Assembly: GCF_006345805.1 (NCBI RefSeq)
Contig: NC_042997.1
Coordinates: 46,004,001 to 46,068,000, forward strand
Length of the DNA stretch: 64,000 nucleotides
Origin: Octopus sinensis
Lineage: Eukaryota
Direction of reading: 5' to 3'
Shown here in pieces: positions 25,580 through 37,781 of this stretch. The position numbers and the translations under genes were made by a program. Every line of letters begins with the position of its first letter. Positions within the stretch are counted from its first letter, which is position 1. The notes below the pieces were generated by a model that made no database searches, was not told the DNA's origin, and saw nothing but the letters and a program-made list of their open reading frames with translations.

Positions 25580-27410
25580 TTACGCCGGCACAAATCTTCT
25601 GTAGTAATTTGTCAGATCCACTATTTTATCAATATCTTCCTTCGAGTTTGGTACCTGTATGTCCTTTAGTTTTGATACCAATTCCTGAGATGGAGAAATA
25701 CTCTCTTCAGATATGTTCATTCCGAGGAAAGTCAAATTTCTTCTTCTGAAGAATAACTTTCCTTTGTTAATGGAGAACTGTGCCTCGGTTAGCATTGGTT
25801 GCAGCTACCGCATTTTCACTGCTCGTTAATTTTGCTTCGCTACTAACTTAGATGAGGATATCCTCTCGGTAGACCCCTGATTCCTTCGATCCCTTTTAAT
25901 AGATTTTTCCGTGCAGTTCTGAATTCTTAAGACCCATTTGATGTCTGTCAACCAGGTAGAGACTGTTGGTTGTGTTGCTAGCACAAATCCACCTTGATTC
26001 ATCCGCTAAAGGTATTTGCTGATATGCATGCTTTAAATCGAGAGTGGAGACATATTTCGCAGCTGACATACAGGAGAAGATAGTGATATGGGATTAATGA
26101 TATGGGAAAAGAATAGGCGTTAATATGTGCATTTAAATGAGCCTTGTAATCGACACACATCCGAAGAGATCCATCTTTTTCCCTCAGCCATAACACAGGT
26201 GAGGCACATCTGTCTCCAGAGTAATCCGACGGTGTGATAATACCCATCATTTCTAACCTCTTTAACTCATCTTGTTTCAAGTGTAATGGAACGCGTCTCG
26301 TTGAACTCGTCACGCTATATCTCGCATCAGAGCAGTTAACTCGAACCACAAAAACCTTTAACCTCTGGGAACACCTCCATGTTTAAATTGAAACAAAACC
26401 AACTGTCTTGAATATCTTTTCGAAGCCCAAAAAAGTATGGGTTGTCTACCACAATAAATTTACGTGACTCGTCGGTGTTGTTGACTTCAAATGTCACTCG
26501 GATTGATCCAACAACCTTTAGATCTGAACCATCAAAATTGGTTAATCTATTGTGGTATGATTCGATTGGGATACCCAACTGTGAAGCAAATGAAAACGGG
26601 ACTATCGAACAAGCAGCCCCAGTATCCACTTCCATTTCTATGCTTCTGTTATTTATGAAACACTTGAAGAAACTCGTGTTATCTGCACTCTCATTGTTGT
26701 TCACGTTTAGCCACAAACTGTCGACAGATCCAGTCTCGCTTGGAGATACATTTATGTTGTCCACACGGCGATCGTTTTTAGATTGGCAAAATCTTGCAAT
26801 CTTTTCCATATGCTGGACACACACGAGCTTTGTGTGTACACCCACAATTTCGACATTACACTACATCCTCACGACTGCGGATATTCTTGTTGACGTTAAA
26901 GTTTGCTATTATTTGTCGACTACTCGCAGTGTTTCCGATCCTATGGTAGATGCGAAAGCAGCTATTTCAGTGTAATTAATTTTAGACTGACACCTTAACT
27001 GATCCAGAATGTTTAGCTTTAGATCTGCCGACGACAATCCCGCGATGATGAAGATAAGTTTCATGGTCTCCTCTCTCGGATTTTCTTTCGACCTATTCAA
27101 ATGATAGAGGGAAGCTTGAGAATTAATCCTCAGAAGAATGTCGTTGAAGAAAGTCGCTCTAATTCCAATAATTTAAACCTGTCTGCAATTAACAGTCTCT
27201 CCTTCGGCTTTATAAGTTATTGCAACGCATTCATCATTTGTTAGTATGTAATAGGAAAACAACATCTTTCAACTTCATTATGGTTTTAACTCGCTGGCAG
27301 AAAGAATTTTTGGCTTCTTTTTGACATCTTCAACGTCGTCGCATTTAAGTTTTTCTTCGAAGTGTATCAACCAGGCATTAGCTTCTTCTAAATTGTTCAA
27401 GTTTAAATGT
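25580..27410 (-). pseudogene. Frameshifted gag-protease-RT coding remnant of the Gypsy element
   Basis: ORF-track pieces 26909-27100, 26336-26845, 25999-26349 and 25580-25795 are collinear Gag/PR/RT segments broken by stops and frameshifts. Confidence 0.9.
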
Positions 27411-27417
27411 TTTTCTT

Positions 27418-27435
27418 ATCTCATCCTCATCGCCA
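27418..27435 (-). other. Primer-binding site, tRNA-Ser(GCT)-type
   Basis: Minus strand TGGCGATGAGGATGAGAT directly after ...ACAACA. It is 16/18 to TGGCGACGAGGATGGGAT, the complement of the metazoan tRNA-Ser(GCT) 3' end (recalled). Confidence 0.75.
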
Positions 27436-27465
27436 TGTTGTGTTTCATTTCTATTCATCGCCATA

Positions 27466-27747
27466 TGTTGTATTTTATTCCTATAGAAAATATGTTGAAT
27501 GTTCGTAACTGCAGGTTACAAAACTCACTTCCGAGGGCCACGATGTACAGATCCTAGGCTGTGTGTAGCGGCATCGCCCCTTTTATGGCTGTTAGCCCGT
27601 TCATCTCATGATTTCCATGTGGTTGCACGAGACTTCCTTTCAGAGTTCTATATATATCAGGATACCAAATTCAGCAACCCAATGCAACTAACACACTAAG
27701 GTTCTCGTGTGTCGTTATGTTTTCAAATGTTTTTAATTCTTACTACA
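27466..27747 (-). repeat. 5' LTR (~282 bp) of the Gypsy element
   Basis: Minus strand begins TGTAGTA and ends AATAAAATACAACA (TG...CA with imperfect terminal inverted repeat). Its last ~45 bp recur at 25530-25573. Confidence 0.7.
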
Positions 27748-27944
27748 AGGAAGGAAATGCTTTCTAACAAAAACACGTTTCATAACTGAACTTCGGATGA
27801 GAAAAACGATCAATGTAACATGAAGTCTAGAAAAGTCTTGCATATTTTCACTGATCCACTTCGAGATTGTATTTGTAAACTGCGTATTAGTTGATTCCAT
27901 TCTGTACTTGAAACTCCATGAATATATTGTAAATGCACTTGGCA

Positions 27945-27962
27945 ATACACACACACACACGC

Positions 27963-27999
<37 letters not shown>

Positions 28000-28038
28000 A
28001 TATGCGTGTGTGCGTGTGTGTATACGTATGTGTGTGTG

Positions 28039-28070
<32 letters not shown>
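27945..28070. repeat. (CA)n/(TA)n/(TG)n microsatellite
   Basis: Directly visible. Confidence 0.9.
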
Positions 28071-28072
<2 letters not shown>

Positions 28073-28187
28073 CATGAAATACAGTGTCTTGCTCAAGAAC
28101 ACAACACGCAGCCCGGTCCGGGATTCAAACTCACAACCTCACGATCGTAAGCTCGACGCTCTAATCACTGAGCCATGCAGCTTCACT
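28071..28187 (-). mobile_element. SINE 5' fragment (tRNA-like head and central domain)
   Basis: Reverse complement gives GCATGGCTCAGTGATTAGAGCG...GTTTGAATCCCGGACCGGG...GTGTTCTTGAGCAAGACAC. Confidence 0.75.
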
Positions 28188-28399
28188 CTGTACATAGTTA
28201 ATTAATAAACATATATCAACAAACAATATAGAATGGACCAGTAATTGTCACAACAAAAATAAAATTATATCTTATATAAGGTTTGGTATCCACAAAGCCA
28301 AAGCCACGTGGACAGTTCGTTAGACTCTATAAAGAAAAAAAAGTTAATTTTCTTCGTCGCGGACGTAAAGATACGCTCAGAAATCGAGAATTAAGTCTT

Positions 28400-29840
28400 A
28401 ACATAAAAAAAACGTTAATGAGGACGGGTTGCTGCCCCTGGACCAGAGGATAAAACAACCCCTATAGACCCCAAAAGGCCTAACCAGCAAACGGCGAGAT
28501 CCAATTTACCTGTAGGTAGCGCTTGAAGTGAACACATTTAGAAAATACTTCTTTACGACTATTTAACGCGCCAGGTTTCGTATGGTCCTTAAGAATTTTG
28601 GCTCTCTCCGCAATGCTGATTTTGCAAAGCTACTAATATTTGGGCCTGAATAATCAGCTATTTTCCAACTGATATTACACCGGGTCCCTTGATTTTTGAG
28701 GTGCCACGCATGGTGGGCCACGGACGTGACAAACCGTCTTTCTGAGACTCCTGAAGGCTGACTGGTGGTTGTGAAAGCGTCGTGTGAAAGATGTACTAGC
28801 AGATCCAATATATGTACAAACATGGGATGTGGCCACATTCGCAATCCTGGCAACATATGGTGCGGGGCCGGGAATCTTATCAGTTATTTGACCATCATCT
28901 GTGGTGGTGGTGGTACTGGGAATGCCGGATATTTCCTCTATGTCGCTGGTCCTGGATTGGTCATCACCTCTAGGTGTGGCGATTGTACTGGTAGTAACAT
29001 ATGCTGCGAGCCTGGTCACTCTGTCTGTGTCTATGATAAAGTTTGTTCATTATCTGTTGCGGTGGTACTGGGCTCGTCAGTTACGCCCTCTGTGACGCTG
29101 GTCCCGAACTGTTTATCATTTCTGGGTGTGCCGAGTGTACTGGCGTGAGATATAGTTGATCTGAAAATATTGCTGTTGGATGGTACATTGCTGGTAATCT
29201 GCATAGCAGGTCTAGGTATCACCATAGCTTCATAGATGACTCCTTCATCCTCAGTTATTAAATACCTTGCAAGAACAAACTGCCTCCCTACTTGTATTGT
29301 GGGTATTTGTTAAAGTGTTATTTACGTTAGGTGCACAACTAATGGAGACTCTTAGGTTGTACCTGTTAAATAAATGTCTGTATCTATGTGTGTGTGTGAA
29401 ATAATTGTCTATCAGTCTAAGGAAAATCTTTCCCACAGAAATCTTGACGTTGAGCGAGAATAGTGGAGCAAACTAAACGACATTTCTACGGCGTTTCGTT
29501 TTCCGGGTGTTAGGGCTTGGCATGTAGGAGATGCAGTCCTTAAACCCTCTTGATGCCAGTGCCTCATTGTAGTAGGGGGCAGATATCCTGGTTCAAGGAT
29601 AGATTCGGGATCCCCTTGCTTACACTTTTCACTAGGTTCTTGAACAATATAGGGGTGGCAGGAGGCTGTGCTAATATAAGACAGTCTCTCGTTTGGCTTG
29701 TAATAGGGCCTGTATTTACCAGAACCCAGATCTTGGATAACATCTAAGACATCTACTGTGGTGAGATTAGTCTCAATGGTGATCTTGAGGCCCATTGAGC
29801 CTAAGGTGCTACTTAAGTCCTTTCTACGTCTATCGAGTGT
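28400..29840 (-). mobile_element. Penelope-like element remnant: RT C-terminus and GIY-YIG endonuclease
   Basis: KDLSSTLGSMGLKITIETNLTTVDVLDV..GKYRPYYKPNERLSYISTASCHP (PLE RT C-terminus), CSCK linker, GVIYEA (29226-29243), TYIGSASTSFTRRFHNHQSAFR, HAWHLKNQG...ISWKI (GIY-YIG). Frameshifted. Confidence 0.9.
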
Positions 29841-30285
29841 GTGCGTGCGTGCGGGCATAATTATGTATGCGCGTCAAGCAATATCAGAACGCAGATACGT
29901 TGCTCTGTTTTTTTGTACGCATGTGCGTGTATGTATATGTTATTGTGTGGATGGATGGACGCTTGTAGATATCTGTGCATTTGTCTGCAACTTTGCTTGT
30001 GTGTGCGTGTGTGTTGGTGTCTCCGTGCGCATGAATGTTTGAAACTAGGCCACGAGTATTAATATCGAAGAGGAGACTTGAAATTTACATATTCTAATAG
30101 CTCTGAGGCTATTTGACATTTTTTCTGGTGAAACCTTAAAGGTATCTCGTTGCCAAGAAAACTCCAAATTAATTAACAGTAATGAAACGAAACAAAACAA
30201 AAGAAAAATCCAGACGAATAATGAACAAAGAAATATCGATATTGAACCTAAAATATACGAATAAAGAAATCAAATTCAGCAAGCT

Positions 30286-30345
30286 TTAAGGCGGTGCTCC
30301 AGCATGGCCGCAGTCACATGACTGAAACAAGTAAAAGAATAAACG
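30286..30345 (+). mobile_element. Isolated SINE 3' tail
   Basis: AAGGCGGTGCTCCAGCATGGCCGCAGTCACATGACTGAAACAAGTAAAAGAAT, matching the tail of 61710-62131. Confidence 0.7.
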
Positions 30346-30907
30346 AAAAGCTATATAGGAAAATAAACATTAAAAAAATAACAAAAGAGTAAGAAAAATA
30401 ATGCAAGAACGGAAAGAATAATAGATAATAAACAGTAAAATAAATTGTAAAAGAAATAATCGAGGATATATAGTAAATTAAAAAGCATATAGGGAAGAAA
30501 TGAGAAGAACAAATTAAAGGTTGTATGAAAAAGAAGGGAGATAACTAGATTAAGAATAACGAGGGAGAAAAATAAGAGAAAACGGGAAACTGAAAAGAAA
30601 AGACACAAAAATATTAATGTTAGCATTCAGGACAGTGAAAAAAAGAATAACCTCTGATTAAAATGGTGTAAAATAAGCTTAGATATAAAATGTTTTTCTC
30701 ATTGTTGGATTGTTATGGTGCTTGTGAACGCTGATTGGTCAACCAACACATTTGTAAGCAAGAAGAATCGGCGATTCACACTTTCCATTACACATCCAAC
30801 TCATTTCGTTTCATATATTACGTTAATGCCTTCTTTATGACTTAGCTGAAGAGAATCAATGCCCATAAATATATATCACACGCTCAGGATACACTCACTT
30901 ATATATC

Positions 30908-31062
30908 CTTGTATGTATGTATGTATGTATGTATGTATGTATGTATGTATGTATGTATGTATGTATGTATGTATGTATGTATGTATGTATGTATGTATGT
31001 ATGTATGTATGTATGTATGTATGTGTGTGTGTGTATGTATGTATGTGTGTGTGTGTGTTTGT
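30908..31062. repeat. (ATGT)n/(TG)n microsatellite
   Basis: Directly visible. Confidence 0.95.
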
Positions 31063-31129
31063 GTATGCAAATGCTAACAATTCAAAATTACTTTCTTTTG
31101 AAAAAAGTTTATGGACAAACTTCATTAAC

Positions 31130-31340
31130 AGCGACTCCACTTTGTAGCAAGAATGGCACAGAATTATTAACAAGTCCGAAAGATATTGTTGGGAAATGGA
31201 AAGAGCACTTTGATGAGTTTCTCAATAGACCCACTCTCTGTTCTTAATAATATACCTGAAAGACCCAGCTATCGCCAAATTGAAAGATGGAGAGGCCGCT
31301 GGATGGGTTAGGTGCAGAGATATGAAAATATGGTGTTGGA
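31130..31340 (+). mobile_element. RTE-clade LINE linker fragment
   Basis: TPLCSKNGTELLTSPKDIVGKWKEHFDEFLNRP matches the RTE endonuclease-RT linker (DG..LT..EDIL.RW.EHF..LLNRP). Confidence 0.65.
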
Positions 31341-31360
31341 CATCTCTGTACAATGGATGG

Positions 31361-31740
31361 AAGCACTCCGTCGGTTACGACGACGAGGGTTCCGGTTGAT
31401 CCGAATCAACGGAACAGCCTGCTCGTGAAATTAACGTGTAAGTGGCTGAGCACTCCACAGACACGTGCACCCTTAACGTAGTTCTTGGGGATATTCAGCG
31501 TGACAGAGAGAGTGACAAGGCCGGCCCCTTGAAATACAGGTACAACAGAAACAGGAAGTAAGAGTGAGAGAAAGTTGTGGTGAAAGAGTACAGCAGTGAT
31601 CACCACCATCCCCTGGCGGAGCCTCGTGGAGCTTTAGGTGTTTTCGCTCAATAAACACTCACAACGCCCGGTCTGGGAATCGAAACCGCGATCCTATGAC
31701 CGCGAGTCCGCTGCTCTAACCACTGGGCCATTGCGCCTCC
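31361..31740 (-). mobile_element. Full-length tRNA-derived SINE with 9-bp TSD
   Basis: Reverse complement of the 4318/63326 family. TSD CTGTACAAT at 31346-31354 and 31744-31752. Confidence 0.92.
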
Positions 31741-31917
31741 ACCCTGTACAATATAGATCTATGGTTAAGAGATGAGGAATTATGTACATTATTTACATTA
31801 AACAGATATTTGTCCTCATCTTGTTTGTTGTTAACACGTTTCAACTGATATACCCTCCAGCTTTCTTCGGGTGCCTTGGGGAACCTGGGTTCTCGTTCCT
31901 GAGGTATTTTCGATGCT

Positions 31918-32114
31918 GTTGTTGTTATTATTATTATTATTATTATTATATTATTATTATTATTATTATTATTATTCTATGTTTGACTTTTGCTTTATAT
32001 TTGTACAAGTTGGCTCCAAGTCTCACCCAGAGACCTCAAGAGACAACAGGTTGGAAGTTCATGTTGTTGTTATGCCTAGTGAGCCATATATTTCGGGGTT
32101 TTTTTGTGTTGTAA

Positions 32115-32172
<58 letters not shown>
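31918..32172. repeat. Two (ATT)n microsatellites
   Basis: Directly visible at 31918-31978 and 32113-32172. Confidence 0.85.
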
Positions 32173-32176
<4 letters not shown>

Positions 32177-32242
32177 TCACTACCTGGAATTGAACTCTAA
32201 ATCTTGGGGTTAGTAGCCTACGCTCTTAACCATTATGCCATA

Positions 32243-32500
32243 CAATTTCAGTCCCACTACTTGGCACCTTGGCTAGGTGTCTTGTACTATTAGTGCGGGC
32301 CGACCAAAGCCTTGTGAGTGGATTTGGTAACTGAAAGAAGAACATCGTATATATGTATATATGTATGTATATATGTATATATATATGTGTGTGTGTGTGT
32401 TGTATGTACGTATATGTATATATGTATATATATATGCATATGTATATATATGTATATGTATATATATGTATATGTATATATATGTATATATATATATATA

Positions 32501-32536
<36 letters not shown>

Positions 32537-32960
32537 TGCAATATGTGACAATTATTCAGTAGCCATGATAAAACTCCGAGTTTCGGATGCCGAGGTGGAA
32601 ATCCACGCCGCTATCTCTTCAGTTATCGGAGTTTTATCATGGCTACCGTATAATTGTCCCATATTACATTTACAGATAAATTCCTCTATTTACATAATAT
32701 CAAGGTCGTTTTCCATCTTTTGTTGTCTTACCGTTTTTATCAATATATATATGTGTGTGTGTGTGTCTTTGTGTCTCTGCTTGTTCCCCCGCCGCCGCTT
32801 GACAACCATGACTTAGCGGTTCGGCAAATGTCAACGATAGAATGAATAACAGGCTTAAAACAAAATAAGTAGTAGGTTCGACACATTCGACTAAAATTTG
32901 TTCGAGGATGAGCCCCAGCATGGGCACAATCTAATGACAAACAAATAAAAATAGAAGATA
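32243..32960 (+). mobile_element. Interrupted tRNA-derived SINE (61710 family) with internal (TA/TG)n tract and a ~200-bp insertion
   Basis: GGCACCTTGG..GGGCCGACCAAAGCCTTGTGAGTGGATTTGGTA (32267-32340), then microsatellite, then CCGCTTGACAACC...CCCCAGCATGG tail (32745-32960). Confidence 0.65.
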
Positions 32961-33429
32961 GATGATACACGAGAGATCAGAATCAAGCTGGTGGTTTGAA
33001 AGTATTCACAAGTGGGCAAACAAATACTTACATATATTTATTGTAGAAATGATGAGAAACACAGATATAACACTCATTGGAAATACAAGCATAGCTAGCA
33101 GCTCGCGTATTCTCACACACACATACTCATATGCGATCAGCGTGTACGATCTCGCTGTGAGCAGATGTCAATATGAACGGTATGCAACATCGATGCCTGC
33201 ACACAGTGCTATGTAACTGTATACTCATACATTGTTATCTGTGTGCATGCGCATATGGGAGTGTGTGTGCCTTCCCATGTACAAAGGCAAGACCCACAAT
33301 ACAAAAATAAAAGTAACAGAAATATAATAAAAATTAAAAGCGCGATTTTCTAGTTGCGTTTTGCATAACGAACATACATAAAAACATGTAGAAGTGGAGC
33401 AGAATTAGAAAAAGTAAAAGAAGAAACCT

Positions 33430-33870
33430 TCATTGAAATGTAAAAAGGGGAAACGTTTTGAGGGAGAATTTGATGCGTTGTTCTTTGTGTTTGCTGGAGC
33501 GTGCTGCTCTGCTGTGTACAAAAATGCCAGGCACCGAGAAGTACTTAATGGGGTGGCCAGGTGTATTGAAATGGTGGGCTACAGATTAGAGAAATCGATC
33601 ATCCAGGCGACGGTCTGTTTCACCAACACATTGAGTAATGCAGAATTTACATTTGAACCAAATGCTGAATGTTGGCTGCAGGGTGGCTAAAATTTGATGG
33701 TGGTTGTCGCAGGATTTTGAACCCGTGATTGTCATGCTGAAATTCATATAAAGAAAGATGTGATGTATGCAGTAGACAAACTTAAAAGTACATGCTGAGT
33801 GTAGCGGGGGTGGGGTCAGAGAGTTTTTGGCTAATAGGTTAAAGTCTTAAAGGTAGTTGGAACTCGCAAA
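33430..33870 (-). mobile_element. Penelope-like GIY-YIG endonuclease fragment (second clade)
   Basis: Minus translation gives IWFKCKFCITQCVGETDRRLDDRFL*SVAHHFNTPGHPIKYFSV...KEQRIKFSLKTF, matching CxxCxxxYIGETxRxLxDRFxEH...VAxHFNxxGH. Confidence 0.7.
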
Positions 33871-34539
33871 AAAAGGGCAGGCAGGTATGAAACAGGAAAA
33901 GTTAACGGCTAGAAGAGAAAGCCTAGTAATTATTGTATCGATTCTTTTGTCAAATCGCTAAGTTACGCTAACATACACAAACACTGGTTGTTAAGCAGTG
34001 ATGGGTGGGGACAAACACAGACACAAAAACACACAGAGATACACACACACGCACACACACACATAAAGAGTAAATCTCTCAAATAGAAATATATAGCAAC
34101 ACTATTGTACAGTAAAGTCTATTTGTCAATGCAACTTAGCAGTCCTGTGTAGGACAATGATACCACATTTTAGCCCAAGGAAAACATCTTTTCCAGCAGG
34201 CTACCGACACATGATCTATGTCCATGTGCTGTGAGCAAGGGAGTCCACTTCTCCCTTTCTAACCGTAGTGATACCTGTAGACCAATGGTTTCTAGGTGAT
34301 TTCCCTTCGTCGGTACAGGACAACCGCCGGTTAGAGATAGCAGCCACTCGCACTTGCTCACAGTATTTATTTTTAAATCGATTTACAGTCGCTCATCTCT
34401 TAAAGAGAAAAACAACTATTTTTAAATCTCTGAGCGAGAAATATGTAGCAACAGTACTGTACAGTAAAGTCTATTTGCTTACGCAAAGCTAAAACTGTGA
34501 GCAAGAGCAAGAGCGAGTGGCTGATATCTCCAGCCGGCG

Positions 34540-34680
34540 GTTGTCCTGTAGGGATTTTATCAGGGTGTTTCTAAAACGAACCTTTGACTGTCCTCTTGGT
34601 CGGTGGCCCTCAATCAGTTCCCGGTAAAAAGCTACTTTAGCAACCTGTTTTCCTGTGTGCGCTCGAGTTCTCCAGACCAT
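34540..34680 (-). mobile_element. RTE LINE 3' coding fragment
   Basis: KQVAKVAFYRELIEGHRPRGQSKVRFRNTLIKSL matches RTE C-termini (PKxxFYGELxxGxRxxGRPKxRFKDxLKxSL). Confidence 0.65.
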
Positions 34681-34962
34681 TATATCTGAGCCTGTGTCAG
34701 CAGGGCATCTATACTTGGCATCTGGGCTTGCACAAGAATCTTCATACTTGAGACTCTATGGTACCGTTACATGTTTAAGATCTGTCGAAAGCATGATTAA
34801 TCTAATGTTTATATGCATCCACTACTGTTTGCATATTCTTGATTTTTTTGCGAACAACGCCTATCAATATTATTACGTAATTTAGAAGCAGCTGTCGGAC
34901 CTGTAATGCCATATCTTCTCCACTTACAATTTTGTGCTTTTGTTCTCTGTAAATCTATTTTG

Positions 34963-35016
34963 TTAATATATAAATACCTAATATGAATGTTAATATATAA
35001 ATACCTAATATGAATA
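34963..35016. repeat. 27-bp tandem duplication
   Basis: TTAATATATAAATACCTAATATGAAT occurs twice in tandem. Confidence 0.8.
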
Positions 35017-35400
35017 TTTTCAGTCTTTGTCTCTACACGTATATATGCATTTATATTTTATATAGTCTAGCGCAAGCGGTTTAATTACTTCGTTTTTGTC
35101 AATATTTCCATATTTGTTCACCTGAATTCCTCTTATAGGCATTCGTTACTCTGCGAATTTACTCTTTCGTAAAGATTTTAGAGTAGAAGATCAAATGATT
35201 TGAGCGCTACAAATTGTTTTCTATATTGCACAACTCTGGATATCATCTGTTGACTCTATGTACATATATACGTATGTATTCATGCGTGTACATACACACA
35301 TATATATATATATATATGTATGTATATATATATGTGCGTGTGTATGTATATACATATGTATATGTATGTATATGTATATATATACACATATATATATATA

Positions 35401-35445
35401 CTAGCTGACCCTGTGCCGTAAAAATGGCGGCTAATTATAGTATTT
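35401..35445 (-). mobile_element. Helitron-type 3' terminus fragment
   Basis: Minus strand ends GCCGCCATTTTTACGGC (short hairpin) ACAGGGTCAG CTAG|T. Confidence 0.45.
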
Positions 35446-35627
35446 TATATATAAATAATGTATAAAATAAGATACATTAATAATCACAGATACAAACATT
35501 CACATACTTCCCTTGTACATGCTCTCACATACACACAAATACTCAAACAAAGTTGAAATGCTGTTTGATTTTTCTTTTCGACATTGAACATTCATCATCC
35601 CATTTCCATTTCACACACACACTCACA

Positions 35628-35658
<31 letters not shown>

Positions 35659-37099
35659 TTCGCATACCTCCCTTATACTTACACACACAGATATACTCAC
35701 ACAAAGTTGAAACGCTCATTTTTTCTCCCTTCGTTATTCATCTATCACCTCTTCTTATTCACATGTTGTGACAGAGAAAAATAGAAGATACACGACGCGC
35801 TCTTTGCCACTTCCTTTCCCTCATTGCTATTACTTTCTATTACTCTCACTACCTCTCATTCACTGAATTACTATTTTCTCTCCTCTCCCTTCACTTATAC
35901 TCTTTCTCCTACACCATCCTACTCCTACTCTGTGATTTGGGACAAATACATACATAGATATATACATACATACATGCATACATACATACAAATATATAAA
36001 ATGACTACGCTCATTATTATATTAGGAGATGTATGCTAAAGAGCGAGGGATCGAGGGGGAGAGAGACAGACACGTAAATATGCACATTAATGATGTATAT
36101 ACGTATATATCGGTATCTATCAATCTGGCCGTGCATGTATGTATGTGAATTTAGAGAGCACCTCAAGCAATGAAAGAACCGCATAATCAGAAATGTAGTT
36201 ATCATGAGACACAAACATATTTCATGAAATGAAAATAAAAGGAATGGGTCCCTGAAAACAAGGTTGTGTCACACGCTACCAAAGTTTTCATAATTCTCTT
36301 TGCAAAACCATTCCCCCTCGCGTAGGTTTATGCAATGAAGATTCCAGTTGTTTAACCAATGGAACTACTTTATCATTATGCCGTAGGGTAATTAACTGAA
36401 TAATCTTCATTGCTCGTACTCATAACATAATCTTCAGGCAGAATTAATATGAAACCTTGAATAAGAAATCCAATCATTTAAATAAAATATGCAATATATT
36501 CGACGTATTATCACACAATTTTCGTTTACCTTTCTGTAACAATGCTGCGGTTAATACGACGCTGTTAGCAGACCCTTAGCTCAAGATACCGTGTCGATGG
36601 ATGAATCTAAAAGATGCAAGACGGACTCCTAATCTATTCATTCATACCTGCATTTGAGCAAAGCTATGATTTACTGTAAAAGATACGTACAATGTTACAT
36701 GGATACGTTATAAGATAATGTGGAAGAGTGAAGTAGATATAGATAGACAGATTTTAGATTGTCTTTTTAATCAGGAAGGAAGGCAATACTCATGATGGAT
36801 AACTTGACGGATAGATAACTTTAATAAAATGGACTGGCATATATTGTAGATAGATGAATAAACAGATAGATAGATAAGCATACAGACATATCGATATGTG
36901 AGTGAATATGTATAGGCAGAGACATAAATAAATGCTGGGATAGATAAATAGTTTGACAGACATAAATATAGGACAAATATATAGATAGATAACTAAGTAG
37001 AAAGACAGTCAAGCAGACGTTGAGACAGACTGATAGGGAGATATCTAGGTAGACAAAGATGGAAAGGTAGACAGATCATAGGTGATATCTACATAAACA

Positions 37100-37109
37100 C
37101 ACAAAGACT

Positions 37110-37176
<67 letters not shown>

Positions 37177-37220
37177 GGATAGATAGATGGATAGATAGAT
37201 AGAGATAAATAGATAGAGAG
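37100..37220. repeat. (GATA)n microsatellite
   Basis: Directly visible. Confidence 0.95.
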
Positions 37221-37661
37221 ACAGAGAGTTAGAGGATAAAGAAAATGTAGGATGTACACAACACCGTCCAAATACCAAGAAATATAACATAACACAAACT
37301 GACAAGAAGGAAATAAAAGTGATAGACAGAAGAAAAACAAGTTGATAGAGTAATGTAAACAACATGGTAGAAAACGAGCCGACGACGGAACGTCTATGCC
37401 TTCAATTGACTTGCTGTAACTTAGTGGATATATTTACCTCAAATCACATACTATTCTCTTCGCAAAGGAAAAAAAAAACAAAACATAGCAAAGTAAACAA
37501 TAAAAAACAAATTGAATAACGTAATCCTAGAAAGTCTAAGAAGAAGGAGATAGGTACGACGGGAGAGTTCTATTTGCTTTATAGTTTAGCTCAATCAGAT
37601 TCTGACTTGTAGCTATGTCAACAAAATCGTACGAGGGCGAACACAGAGGAGTGAAAATGTG

Positions 37662-37714
<53 letters not shown>

Positions 37715-37781
37715 TTGTGTTTGAGTCTGTGCTCGCGCGACGTGCGTGAAAAATTAAATAAGGTAGAGTAATTGAGAATAT

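Larger units (their letters stand above)
25530..27747 (-). mobile_element. Ty3/Gypsy (Mag-like) LTR retrotransposon, internally deleted
   Basis: 5' LTR, PBS, gag (KPKERLLIADRFKLL), protease (EVDTGAACSI), RT (RRVPLHL..ASPVLWLREKDGSLRMCVDYK; GVYREDILI for YxDD) and RT/RNase H linker (TNYYRRFVP), then a 3' LTR terminal remnant. Integrase absent. No matching TSD found. Confidence 0.92.

Noticed and set aside
26442-26975. 177-aa plus-strand ORF
   Set aside because: Antisense to the Gypsy gag/protease region.
25525-27752. Target-site duplication for the Gypsy element
   Set aside because: The flanks CTAAG (left) and AGGAA (right) do not match, so a TSD is not claimed.
28765-29148. Cys/Gly-rich 127-aa plus ORF
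   Set aside because: Antisense to the Thr-rich Penelope spacer (ACN codons read as NGT); there is no independent evidence.
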